Origin: Eledone cirrhosa
Lineage: Eukaryota
NCBI GenBank assembly: GCA_964016885.1
Contig: OZ024745.1
Location: 68,696,001 to 68,760,000, forward strand
DNA: 64,000 nucleotides
Reading direction: 5' to 3'
Shown: positions 40,554 to 52,445 of the stretch, piece after piece
Layout of the letters: every line of letters starts with the position of its first letter
How positions within the stretch are numbered: the stretch's first letter is position 1
The notes under the pieces: model-generated
The model's input: the letters and a program-made list of their open reading frames with translations, nothing else
Databases searched by the model: none
Told to the model about the DNA's origin: nothing
Position numbers and translations under genes: made by a program

Positions 40554-41089
40554 TATATATATATGTATCAGGAATATACCAGTTTTAAACTAGTAAGACC
40601 ATTATATATATGTATATATCAACCATTGCTCGCAGCGAAAGCAGACTTTAAACAATGATGATGATAACACACACACACATACACACACACACACACACAC
40701 ATACATATATATATATTTTGTACTTAGTCTTATTCAGGGAATAATTCAAATGTGCTAACAACATCAAAGAATGATGATAAAACAGAACTCTGTTACTACC
40801 AAGTCATTCTAGTCTGAGAATATTTGGTGTTGGAAACCATAAATTACTAATTTTATTTGGTTATTTCAACTTGAAAAGAAAAATATCTGAATTACAAATG
40901 AGAAAGAAAAACAAAAGCAAAGAGAAAATTATTAGAAAATTATCCTCATTATCATCATAATGTGGTATCTGTTTTTTTTTTACTAACAATTTGAACTTTA
41001 AACCCAACAAAGATAAAAAAAAATGAAAGATAAATTCCCAAAATATATCTAGAAATAGAATTACTATATATATATATATATAGTTTTGT

Positions 41090-41270
41090 TGCCATGATAA
41101 AAAGCATCCAATCCACACTGTAAATGTGGTTGGCATTAGAAAGGGCATCCAGCTGTAGAAATTCAGCCAAAATCAGTTCTGTATGAGCAAGACACGGTCT
41201 CCTGATCTGGCTTTTCTCAATGTGATAACTCGTCTAACAAATGGGTGTTAAACAATGATGATGATGAAGA
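41090..41270 (+). mobile_element. RTE-type 3' tail fragment
   Basis: CACACTGTAAATGTGGTTGGCATTAGAAAGGGCATCCAGCTGTAGAAA...(GAT)n. Confidence 0.75.
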
Positions 41271-41909
41271 TATATATATCTATGTGAAGACACATGGCAT
41301 AGTGGTTAGGGTATTGGGTTCGCAACCATACGGTCATGAGTTTAAGTTCCAAACTAGCCAGTGGATTTTGTCTTTGAACAAAACACTTTATTTCACACTG
41401 CTCCAGTCCACTCAGCTGGAAAAGAATACGTGGTGATCACACTGGTGCTAAGCAGTATTATTGTCTTTCTCTTGGACAACATTGGTGGCATGGTAAGTGG
41501 GGCCTTGCCTGGGCTTGCTCTTTGGAGGGAAGTTATTAGGTGCAAGCTCCTCACCAGTCAAGACCAAAGGAAGCTTAAAATATATATCTTCTTTCCAGTC
41601 CTGGATAATATTCTTGAATGGAGATGACAGAAGATAGTGAATATCTTTAGAGATGGGAGTCCCAAAGCAAACTCACTAATGCTTGTTGATGATAAAATAC
41701 ATCCAATATACTCTGTAAAGTGGTAACAACCAAATTAAGAACATCTAGAATGGAGAAGACCTTTTTACACCTGCTGATTACATAACAACCTCCAGGACTG
41801 GTCATATGATAAAAAGCACTCAGTATGCTAGTACAATCTCAAAGGTGATTGGTGATAGGAAATGCCTTAGGTCCTAGAAAGTTGATTTCAAAATAAGTTT
41901 GAAAATAAT

Positions 41910-42095
41910 TGTTTCTACTTTAGGCACAAGGCCAGCAATTACCCAGTGCATTACTGGTACTTTATTTTATCGACCCCGTAAGGATGAAAGGCAAAGTCAA
42001 CCTCGGCGGGATTTGAACTCAGATTGTAAAGGGACGTAACTATGCTGGAAAGCATGGCGTCCGACCCTCTACCGATACTGCCAATCCACCGCCCT
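41910..42095 (-). mobile_element. Full-length young family A SINE with 18-bp TSD
   Basis: TSD AATAAGTTTGAAAATAAT at 41892-41909 and 42096-42113. A box TGGCAGTATCGG, B box GAGTTCAAATCCC. Confidence 0.95.
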
Positions 42096-42550
42096 AATAA
42101 GTTTGAAAATAATGAAGAATTTTAAACGATTTAGTAATATATTTTATATTTTTAATCAGTTGACAAGATCACAGATCTCATTCACTTAACGAATGGGATG
42201 GAACTTAAATGGCAAAGTTGACCTTGGTAGGATTTAAACTCAGAACACATATGTCAGGAATAAATATGGAGGTGTTTAACATGACACCCTAACAACTTTG
42301 CCAATTCATTGCTTATGAAAGGTTTTTAGATAAATATAAACATTAAAATAAACAGCTTGGTATCACAGAAACAGGGGTGATTTCAAGCAGCTTGGTATTA
42401 AAAGAGTTAAAGAATTTCTTTATAGTATAAATATATCAAATGTCAGTACAGTACTAAAAGCATTTCTGAGAGTTGATATTTGTTTTCAAAATATTTAAAG
42501 ATATATTCACAAATCTTCAGACTACTGCTACTACTACTAATAATAATAAT

Positions 42551-42909
42551 AATTGTTTCTACTTTTGGCACAAGGCCAGCAATTATCCCAGTGTATTACT
42601 GGTACTTTATTTTATCAACCCTGTAAGGATGAAAGGCAAAGTTAACCTCGGCGGGATTTGAACTCAGATCATAAAGCGCTGTAACTCTTTGCTACAAAGC
42701 ATTGCGTCCGACCCTCTACCTACTAATAATAATAATACTATATCATCAACACGACATTGCTGTCATCATCTTCACCATCATCATAATCAACATTCTTGTT
42801 ACCATCACGATCATCACCATCAGTATCATAATGATCATCATTATTATCATCACCATTATCCTCCTCATCATAATCAATATCATTGATCCCCACCAACTAC
42901 ACCACCATT

Positions 42910-42940
<31 letters not shown>

Positions 42941-43242
42941 TTATCACTGTCCCCACAAGCTTCACCATCATTGTTGTTATCATTGTCCTCACCAACTCCA
43001 TCACCATTATCACTATAATACAGGGCGGTGGATTGGCAGTATCGGTAGAGGGTCGGACGCCATGCTTTGCAACATAGAGTTACGGCCCTTTATGATCCGA
43101 GTTCAAATCCCGCCGAGGTTAACTTTGCCTTTCATCCTTACGGGGTCGATAAAATAAAGTATCAGTAATGCACTGGGGTCAATTTCATCGACTTCCCCCC
43201 CCAAAAAAAAATTGCTGACCTTGTGCCTAAATAAGAAGCCAT
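42551..43242. mobile_element. Head-to-head inverted pair of family A SINEs around a (CAT/CAC)n tract
   Basis: Minus copy 42551-42720, plus copy 43023-43242, trinucleotide microsatellite in between. Confidence 0.9.
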
Positions 43243-43609
43243 TATCATTATAATAAATAGAAATTCTATAGTGTCAGTACAAATGGCAAAAAAAAAAAAA
43301 AAAAAAAAATTACATATATGTTGGTTGTTAAACAATAATAGTTTTGTAACTAAATACTTGCTATAAACAAGGAAGATTATTTTGTTTTTATTTAATAGAG
43401 AAAGAAAAGAATAAAAAGAAATATGAAAGAAGAAAGCCAAAGAAATAGGTATATGGCTCTAGACAGTAAGGGTGGAGAGAAAGAGACATTAACAAGAGAG
43501 AATCTTATGTAATACAAGCAGTATGTTAATAGTATCAAAATGAAATCATATATTTTATGTTAGTTTCTTTGTATGTCCAGAGATTTGTTGAATTACAATG
43601 TTTTAGAAA

Positions 43610-44640
43610 TCGGTCAAATTGTTAGATCGCTGGACAAAATGTTTTGTTTCTATGCTCCGCGTTCAAATTCCATCGAGGTCAACTTGGCCTTTTATCATTC
43701 TAGGGTAAAGAAAATAAAGTACCTGTTGAATACTGGGCTTAACATAATCGACTATTCTCTTCCCTCAAACTTGCTGACCTTGTGCCAATGTTAAAAAGAA
43801 TTATTACTGTTATTATAGGTGTGAGGATGGTGAATTGCCAATACCGGTAGAGCATTGGACACCCTGCTTCGCAGCATAGAGTTATGGCCCTTTACGTTCA
43901 AATCCCACCAAGGTTAACTTTGTCTTTCATCCTTACAGGGTGGATAAAATAAAGTACCCATCATGCACAGGACTCAATTTAATCGACTTTCCCCCCATCC
44001 CAAAAATTGCTGGCCTTGTGCCTAAATAAAAAAACGTTATTATAGATGTAAGGGCAGTGGATTGACTGTAACGGTAGAGCTTCAGACAACATGCTTTGCA
44101 GCATATATTCATGTTCTTTTAAGTTCTGAGCTCAAATCCTGCCTAGGTTAGCCTTGCTTTTCATCCTTAAAGAGATGATAAAATAAAGTATCAGTAATGC
44201 ACAGGGGTTGATTTCTTTGACTTTCTCCTCCTCCAAAATGTTTCATCTTGTGCCTAAGTCAGAAACCATTATTATAGGTGTAGGCAGGGCGGTGGATTGG
44301 CAGTATCGGTAGAGGGTCGGACGCCATGCTTTGACGCATATAGTTACGGCCCTTGCCATTCTGAGTTCAAATCCCGCCGAGGTTAACTTTGCCTTTCATC
44401 CCAACGGGGGTCGATAAAATAAAGTACCAGTAATGCACTGGGTAATTGCTGGCCTTGTGCAAAAAGTAGAAACAATTATTATAGGTGTAGGCATAGATGT
44501 GTGGTTCAGGAGTTCGCTTCACAGCCATGTGATTTCGGATTTAGTCCTACTGTATAGCAACTTGGGCAAGTGTCATCTATTATAGTCTTGAGTAGAATTT
44601 GGTAGACAGAAACTTTGGAAGCCAATTTTGCATATACATC
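43610..44640 (+). mobile_element. Chain of four head-to-tail family A SINEs in front of a CORE SINE
   Basis: Units at ~43610-43800, 43824-44037, 44054-44268 and 44288-44475, separated by TTATTATAG(G/A)TGT.. spacers. A CORE SINE head follows at ~44483. Confidence 0.88.
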
Positions 44641-44933
44641 AGTATGAGCATCATCATTGTTTAATGCCTATTTTCTCTACTAGCAAAGGGTGGACATGTC
44701 ATTACAGACCGGTCAGTACAGCCTCAAACCACTTGGTGCATTATATTGTGTCACAAACATTAGGGAAGTTGTCAAGTCTTTGGCAGGTTTTCTATGGCTG
44801 GATGCCCTTCCTATAACCAACCATTTTACAGAGTGAACTGGGGGCATTTATCATGTATATGTGTGTGTCTGTATATATATATATATTTATATATATATAT
44901 ATATATATATCTATATATAGTAGGTTTGGAAAA

Positions 44934-45013
44934 GCTATCTGAAGAGCTATATCTTTCCATTGGAAATTCTCTGAATTTCCAATCTTTTGATTAGCGAAAC
45001 CGTCGGTCATGGC
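44934..45013 (+). ncRNA. Complete type I hammerhead ribozyme with long stem II
   Basis: GCTAT-CTGAAGA-GCTA..TTGGAAATTC tct GAATTTCCAA..TAGC-GAAA-CC gtc GG-TC^-ATGGC. All core nucleotides are present; stem I GCUAU/AUGGC, stem III ACC/GGU; predicted cut after C45008. Confidence 0.82.
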
Positions 45014-45396
45014 ACTAGAAGAGGTAAATATTTAAATGGTATTTTAATTTATTTAAAAGATTGTTTAATGTTTACTTCTTCCGCTCATATTTACAGTTCT
45101 GGTATCTCAAATTAGTACCATGGAACAACCACTATTATAGACACCATATATATTTCCGTGGGTACTTAGTACCTACTGGATTATCTATATCATTTATCTG
45201 AATTCTCCTTAATGTTGAGAAAAAATGTTGTATCATGCAGCTAATTCTAGTAACAGGAAATATCAACTAGTCTATTATTCCCGCTCTTTCTAACGACCCA
45301 TTTGTGTGGTGGTCATTTTAACGGAGTGATTCATTCACCGGGCAGAAAGCGACACATCCACATCTACGTGGATTTATATCTAGTAGATTTGGAAAA

Positions 45397-45477
45397 GCTG
45401 TTTGAAGAGCTATATCTTTCCATTGGAAATTCTCTGAATTTCCAATCTTTTGATTAGCGAAAGACGTCGGTCATGGC
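45397..45477 (+). ncRNA. Second, mutated hammerhead copy
   Basis: Same stem II, but C3>U (TTGAAGA) and an altered stem III (AGACGTCGGT). Cleavage-equivalent site after C45472. Confidence 0.65.
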
Positions 45478-45809
45478 ACTAGAATCGTATTTTAATTTAT
45501 TTAAAAGATTGTTTAATGTTTACTTGTTCCGCTCATATATGTAATATATATGCATATCTATCTATATATAATATATATGCATATCTATCTATATATAATA
45601 TATATGCATATCTATATATATATAATATATATGCATATCTCTCTCTCTATATATATATATACACTCATATATATATGTGTGTGTGTGTCCGTGTTTATGT
45701 TGACATTCATTTCTCTGTTTATGTCATGTGACTTCATGGTTTGACAAAGAGGTAAAGATAAAATAAGTACCCCAGTTAAAGAATAAGTACTAGAGGGAAT
45801 ATGATTGAC

Positions 45810-45933
45810 TAAATCATCATCATCATCCTCATCATCATTCTGTAATTTGTACAACAACTGTGTTTGGAGTTCAGCCAGTTGTGTTCTTTGAACCTCAAGC
45901 CACTGCCTGCGTCTTCTCATATTTAACATATAC
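45810..45933 (-). pseudogene. Candidate exon running into a SINE remnant
   Basis: tgtttag|G TAT ATG...: YMLNMRRRRQWLEVQRTQLAELQTQLLYKLQNDDEDDDDDL. No clear donor. Confidence 0.4.
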
Positions 45934-46305
45934 CTAAACATTTTTGATTTAACGATTTAATCAAATTTCCCTTCCCTACGAATTGCTGACTTTGTGCCTA
46001 AAGTAGAAATCATTATTATTATTGTTGTTGTTGTTGGCAGTATTGATAGAGCATCGGACAACATGCTTTGCAGCATAGAGTTACATCCCTTTACGTTCTG
46101 AGTACAAATCCTGCCAAGGTTATCTTTGTTTTTTATCCTTATGAGGTCAATAAATTAAAGTACCAATATTGCTCTGGGGTTGATTTAATCAACTTTCTCC
46201 TACCCCGAAAATTGTGGCCTTGTACCTAAATCAGAAACCATTCTTCTTAATATTATTTTGTTTCTGTTCTCTTCTGTTTACTGTTTGGTTTGCATCCTAT
46301 TTCAC

Positions 46306-46375
46306 CGAGGTCATTAATAATAAGTAGCATCTATCATATTTCTTGGTGTGCCATCATTTTTCATGACAAGAACAC
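46306..46375 (-). pseudogene. Candidate 70-nt exon with two stops, phase-compatible with the 45933 acceptor
   Basis: atttgtag|GT GTT CTT...CCT CG|gtgaaa: (G)VLVMKNDGTPRNMIDATYY**PR. Confidence 0.28.
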
Positions 46376-47367
46376 CTACAAATATAAGCTGCAGCCATTG
46401 CTGTTGCTGCTGCTGATAGTTTATCTTTGTGAAGTTTGTGTAACAAGTTGAAACAAGAGTGAACATTGATTAATTATAAATTACACTATCCAGTAGTATA
46501 TGTTGCTATTAATATAATGTAAGTAAACATGCTTAGTTGAAATTAGCTGTGGACAAAATTGTTGTTGGTTGAAAAGTAAAATTTATTGAGAGCACTTTAT
46601 TATAAGTAACTGGACTGTTGTGATTTGTATTGTCTTGGAAAGTCCTAAAACCTAGCATAGCTGTCTTACATATTTTATGGTTGCTACTATGTAGATAGTA
46701 GATAGCTACAGTTTTTCTCTACTCTAGAATGATCCTAAACCAGATTGATAATATCCACTGGTCTTGATTTCCTAGCAGCACTTGAATGTATTGTTTCTTC
46801 TGCCAGTAGCCTGGTTATCCTAAAGTCATGTGCAATATTCTCTGGTCACACCAGCCAATCTAGGTCACCTGGCAGCTCCCGAATGTACTCCAGATACTCT
46901 CTTCTGCAAGCCTGGCTTCATTACATCACATCATAGCACTTACATCTCATAGGCTCAGAGATTTAATGTGTGGCTCAGATTCTGAGAGCTTTAATATGTG
47001 ACTCAGAAATCTGAGCTGACAGGAAACCACCATCTGAAAGAAGAGCTATGTTTGTGGTCTTTCTATAAATATATGGTATATCTAATGTATAATATATAGC
47101 ATATCTAGTGTATAATATATAGTATATTTAGTGTATAATATATAGTATATCAGCTAATATTTGAGGTCAATATTTTGCTGATTTTCATCAACTTCAAATT
47201 CTATGTAAATGAGGTACTAAATTATTTTCTCTATGGATGTTTCACTTAGGAGGGGAAATTTATATTGCTTTTTGTGTGTTTTGAAAGAACATAGCCTTCA
47301 AAATAATCAGAAATTGGTAAAAAATCATAATGTAATGGAGTTGTTAACCAAAAGCTATACTCTAAAT

Positions 47368-47601
47368 CAGGCATGTCAAACTGAGGGTCCCCGAGGGCTA
47401 CATGGGTCACATATGTGTTGTCTGAGGGCCACATGGGTCACATATGTGTTGTCTGAGGGCCACACATGATAACTAATTGCGCACATTACAACCAATATTT
47501 CTTAAATTTTATATTACGAAGATAAAACATATTTCGCACTGTAAAAACCTTTGTGCAGGCTGCAGATGTGCTTGTAAAGGGTTGCATGTTTGACATGCCT
47601 G
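47368..47601. mobile_element. hAT (Charlie-like) MITE
   Basis: 14-bp perfect TIR CAGGCATGTCAAAC, 8-bp TSD CTCTAAAT/CTATAAAT, internal 31-bp tandem duplication. Confidence 0.88.
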
Positions 47602-47614
47602 CTATAAATGACAT

Positions 47615-47824
47615 TTAACTCTTTAGCATTTAAACCGGCTGTATCCAGCCAGAATTATCTCACCTCCTTCTGGCCACTCATACAGATGTTAAGGTGTTGT
47701 TCTCAAAATAAATAATATCAAAATTTTATAGATTCGATATTATGTGAGATAATTATGCGACGTAAAGACTTTACAAGGAAAATATAATAGTAAATATAGA
47801 GTAATGTAAATGCTAAAGGGTGAA
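47615..47824. mobile_element. piggyBac-like MITE P1
   Basis: TTAACTCTTTAGCATTT ... AAATGCTAAAGGGTGAA. Confidence 0.85.
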
Positions 47825-49202
47825 AACATTTTAAATATCAAAATATTAAAACTTCATAAATACATTCTCCACTCATGAGGATTTCAAAACTTCTACTAAA
47901 CACAATGTGTTGAATAGCTGCCTTGGTTTATAAAGAGGGTTTGGATTTTTGCCCATTTCTCAGACATAAAATAGGGGTCGGCTTATATTCAAGTATATAT
48001 ATAATACATGAAAATCATAAGGTGTCTGTTATTTTAGATTAGACATATGGCAAAAAAAAGGTTAAAGTATTAATCTTCTCTGAAACTGATCATGTTAGTT
48101 TGATAGGTGTATAAATTTAGAATGAAATATTAATAGTAGTAAAATAAGACTTACAGTGTGAAAGGGCTGATAATAGAAGATGTACCACAGCAAGCCATGA
48201 TCGATTTTTTTTTTTGTGGGTGGGGGCCAAAATTAAAAATAAAGGTAAAAATCCAATTAAATCCTTTTAATATTAAATAATTTTCACTTTAATAAAGTTT
48301 TGATTAAATGGTAAGTTAGTTCGTAAGAAAATGATAGCCCATAACTTTCCTGAATGAATAACTAGACGAATCATTTTCCTGTTAAGAGGCAGAACCTGGT
48401 GAAACTTCTATATGTAAGGATGTAGAAAACATTCTCTCCAAGAATGGAAAACAGAAAAATTCTGTGAGGTAGAGTAATTAATAAATGTTTTCTGAATATG
48501 TGGAAGAAATGTAAAGCATTATTAAAAATCAATGTTCATGGTAAGAAGTTATTTAGTTAAAATACTAAATAAACTTCATAAAGATAGGTCAGTGTGTCTT
48601 GTATCAATGATTCACACTTAAAAATGAAAACAAGTATATGTGAGAGAATATAGCTGAATCATCATTACAAAAAATACAGATTGTAATGTTTCCTTTGCTT
48701 AACATCAGTGGAACTTTACAATCATTGAAAAACTAGTATCTAAATTGTTCATTGAATTTCTTAATGAATAGTGATTGTGTGAATGTGATTTAGAATAGTA
48801 ATAGCAGACCCATGCATATTGAAAGAGGTGAGTGACGAAAAACATTTGTGCCAGGAAGGGGGCATCCAGGTGTAAAAACCTTACCTCAAAGAGGACCCTA
48901 TATCATGGAGCCTGCAATGTTAACCCCTCATTTGACAAAGAAGATTGCCTTAAAAAACATGCTATGTTTCTTATCATCATCATCATTGTTTAACATCCAT
49001 CTTCCATGCTAGCATGGGTTATATGGGTTTGTCTCATTTGATAATTTCAAAATTATTCGAAAATTGTAGGCAGTGAATTTCATTAGGAATATGGTGATAT
49101 GGTAATGAAAGGGTGTAATAGCCAAAACATCACTGTACCTATAAACTCACATAAATCAGATTCCATTCTTATTTGCTTTGTTTTCTTGATAATATGTATA
49201 AT

Positions 49203-49382
49203 TGTTTCTACTTTAGGCACAAGGCCAGCAATTAACCAGTACATTACTGGTACTTTATTTTATCGACCCCGTAAGGATGAAAGGCAAAGTTAACCTCGGC
49301 GGGATTTGAACTCAGAATGGCAAGGGCCATAACTATGTGTCAAAGCATGGCGTCCAACCCTCTACTGCCAATTTACTGCCCC
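49203..49382 (-). mobile_element. Young family A SINE with TSD
   Basis: TSD TAATATGTATAAT on both sides. Confidence 0.9.
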
Positions 49383-50479
49383 TAATATGTATAATGAAAG
49401 GATGACAGTGGCCTTGGTTTTTGTTAACTCTCCTATACTATAGTTGTATTGAAAGTTGTAAGAAGGGCAATAACAAGTAAACGAACACCATCCTACCCAA
49501 TGCTGGCATAAGAAACTTATACATAAAACAGCTAAAACTTTGAATACTGATACTTAATCAGTGTTTTATGGTAACTAAACTAAAGCCATTTTTCACAATC
49601 AAGTATGACTTTGTAGCATACTTTCCCAAAGGGATTTCGGTACCCATGTCTGCCTCTGTTCCTGAGAACAGAGGCAGACATCTTTTTGGCCCACTTCCCT
49701 GATCCAGATCAATGATCCAGGATGTGACAGGGCTGCACCAGCATTGGGCTAATACTTTCTTTGATTGACGCCAAAAGAATGAAAAGCAAGGTAAAAGTGA
49801 ACCTCAGTAGGATTGATAATAAAGCACTGAAAGCTGGTACAAATATCCAATGCTTTGATGACTCAGCTGTCAAATTGATATGGAATTACACAGATAAGAT
49901 TCATGTATCCTCCAGGACAGTAAGTTAGTCCTTCATTGGTCATATTCCTAGTTTATTTGTTATTATACAGACAACAGTAACTTTTCAGAAACAGTACTAA
50001 GTGTTGCCATAACCAGTTTAGTGACACCAACAAATTTTGTTAATTTGATATTTTCATTATTGAATACAGTGTCATTCAGTAATGTTTTCTTTTACTATAT
50101 ACAGTTGATTTTTCTTTGTCAAACATAAACTTGGACAGTTGTTTACCATTCCTTCCAATTTCATGATCAATCAGGAAGTGATATGTTTTCTGCAGTAACA
50201 ATATCATTTCTAGAAATATGAATTGCATTCAACATAAACCTAATCTATACTTTCAAAAGTATATCTCTGGAAAATTTCATTAAAAATATATATTATTAAG
50301 AGTTATGAAGAAACAAAGTTAGGACTAAAGTTGGACTAAACTGTAGTTATATCTAAGTGTCTTTTTTTTTTGTTTTTGTTAAACTAACATATCTTTTCCA
50401 TTCACGTCTTATGTCTACAGTGTTGAATAATTGGCATGTCACTGTACTAATAGATAAGGTGAGTTATCAACACTTTTAG

Positions 50480-50596
50480 TGAAGGTTCATGGCCTAGAGT
50501 TTAGTCTACTAGATTCAAAATTGTATGGTTGCGAGTTCAATTCTTGGACTGGATGGCATGTTTTGCAAAACATTTTATTTCATACTGCTTCAGTTC

Positions 50597-50665
<69 letters not shown>

Positions 50666-50800
50666 AATGAGTTGCAATGTATTAGCTTTTGCTTTTCCTT
50701 TGGACAATAGTAATGTTGTGGAAATGGAAGACTTGTATGCATGAGTGACTGCTGGTCTTCTACAAAACACCCTGGTCAGGTTTTTTTTCCTTTGAGGAAC
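50480..50800 (+). mobile_element. Degraded CORE-type SINE interrupted by (GA)n
   Basis: ATGGCCTAGAGTTTAG...GAGTTCAATTC...ACATTTTATTTCATACTGCTTCAGTTCACTCAG-(AG)n-AAAAATGAGTTG. Confidence 0.7.
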
Positions 50801-51937
50801 AAAGCTTTAATCAGTCAGGGATGGGTGTACAATTTATGACCAAATGGAGCCCTTTCATTTCCACATACTTAGCTATATCAAATATTCTTTTTCACATACA
50901 GAAAACATTAATCTTACCAACCAAGCTGAAACTGTACCTGGTTCTATGATACAAAATTGTTGCTTTAGAATTGTTCATATTTAAATTTAAACCGTCTCAC
51001 ATAATTTTATGTAAGAATTTTTTACCATCCTGTAACAGTTTCATAAAAGATATCTAAAATAGGTTTGTTTAATTTAAATGTTTTTAGTACTTTTACTATT
51101 GGACAGATTATTGCAGAATTATAGAAAAGGCCTCAATTTTTAATTTGACACAAACATAATGCTGTTTTGTACTTTTCAGGAATGTCTTGCTAAAGTGGTT
51201 TTATGTGGTATAGGATGTTAAGGGTTAAGTTATAATTGAAATACAAGCTTAACCTTCTGTCAGCATATTTCTAATGAAAAACAGCCTATTACAAATAATT
51301 TTGAAAATAATCAACAATGTAGATGGATTTAGTAATATAAACTTTTCATTATTTGTTTGCTGTTTTGGAACAAAACTAAACAAATGTTCTTAAATAAAAT
51401 TATGATGGAAGGTTTTCAGATAAATACCAACAGCTTTGAATCATACAATCAGGGGTAGTTTCAGGGGGTTTGATATCAATAGAATTAAACATGTGAAAGT
51501 TGGTTATATTACAAAATCCATCTAAATTCTGAATTATATATAAAAAAAAAATTAATAGAAAATCATAGGCAATATCTTTCATTAAAAATATCGAAATGAT
51601 AGGGTTAAACAACAACAATCAAATTTTACAAAATTACAAATGATTTCAGATTTTTCTGTTATATAACATACATAAAGCAGTATATACTACATGAGTAATA
51701 ATAATAATTCTTTCTAACATTGGCACAAGATCAGAAAATTGTGGGAAGGGGTAAGTCGATTATATCAACTCCCATACTTTACTAGTTCTTTATTTTATCA
51801 ACCTTAGAAAGATGAAAGGCAAAATTGGTTTCAACAGGATTTGAGCACAGAACAAGAAAGAGTTGTAACTAAAGATTGCAAACCATTTTGTCTGACATTC
51901 TAATAATCCACTGACATAATAATAATGATAATAATAG

Positions 51938-52445
51938 AAGTGGTATGAGCATAAGCCAGAGTCGTGATAGAAAACGATCAGGTGAAGGTGCTGTGGGATT
52001 TTTGGATACAGACGGACAAAAAATTAGAACACAATAGGCCTGACCTGGTGGTTTTGGACAAGGAAAAAAGATCGTGCCTGATTGTAGATGTAGCCTGCCC
52101 ATTTGACATGAGAGTGCAAGAAAAGGAGAGGGAGAAAATTAACCAATACCAGGATTTAAAGTGGGAGTTAAAAAGGATTTGGAACTGCCATGAAATCAAG
52201 GTCGTCCTGATTGTCATAAGTGCACTAGGTACTATCTCAAACAGTTTCCAAGGATGGTTAAAGAAGATTAGTCCAACCCCGCTTTTTGGAACACTTCAAA
52301 AGGCATGCTTGCTGGGAACAGCAAGAACCCTCCGATACGTCCTGAATATCTGAGGCTGCAGGTAACGGCTTGATATTCATTTCAACAAACTTTCCAGTTA
52401 AATAACATCAATGACTGAGACTCAAAGAACAACAATAATAATAAT
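51938..52445 (+). mobile_element. R4/Dong-clade non-LTR retrotransposon 3' fragment (restriction-like endonuclease)
   Basis: KWYEHKPE/VIENDQVKVLWDFWIQTDKKLEHNRPDLVVLDK...IVDVACP.D....KEREKI..Y..LK.EL..IW...IVISALG...LQKACLLGTARTLR is a PD-(D/E)xK RLE C-terminus of the R4/Dong type. One frameshift at ~51962; (TAA)n on both sides. Confidence 0.9.

Larger units (their letters stand above)
44918..45540 (+). mobile_element. Retrozyme/Penelope-pLTR-like non-coding element with ~165-bp direct repeats, each carrying an HHR
   Basis: 44918-45090 is repeated at 45381-45538. (TA)n on both sides; no ORF. Confidence 0.8.

Noticed and set aside
41910-42095. tRNA gene (A/B boxes)
   Set aside because: SINE head followed by core, tail and TSD; no proper cloverleaf. 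The same applies to the other A/B-box hits examined.
51165-51225. Plus-strand exon candidate ttttcag|GAATGTCTTGCTAAAGTGG
   Set aside because: A similar sequence occurs inverted at ~19845-19880, so it is a repeat fragment.
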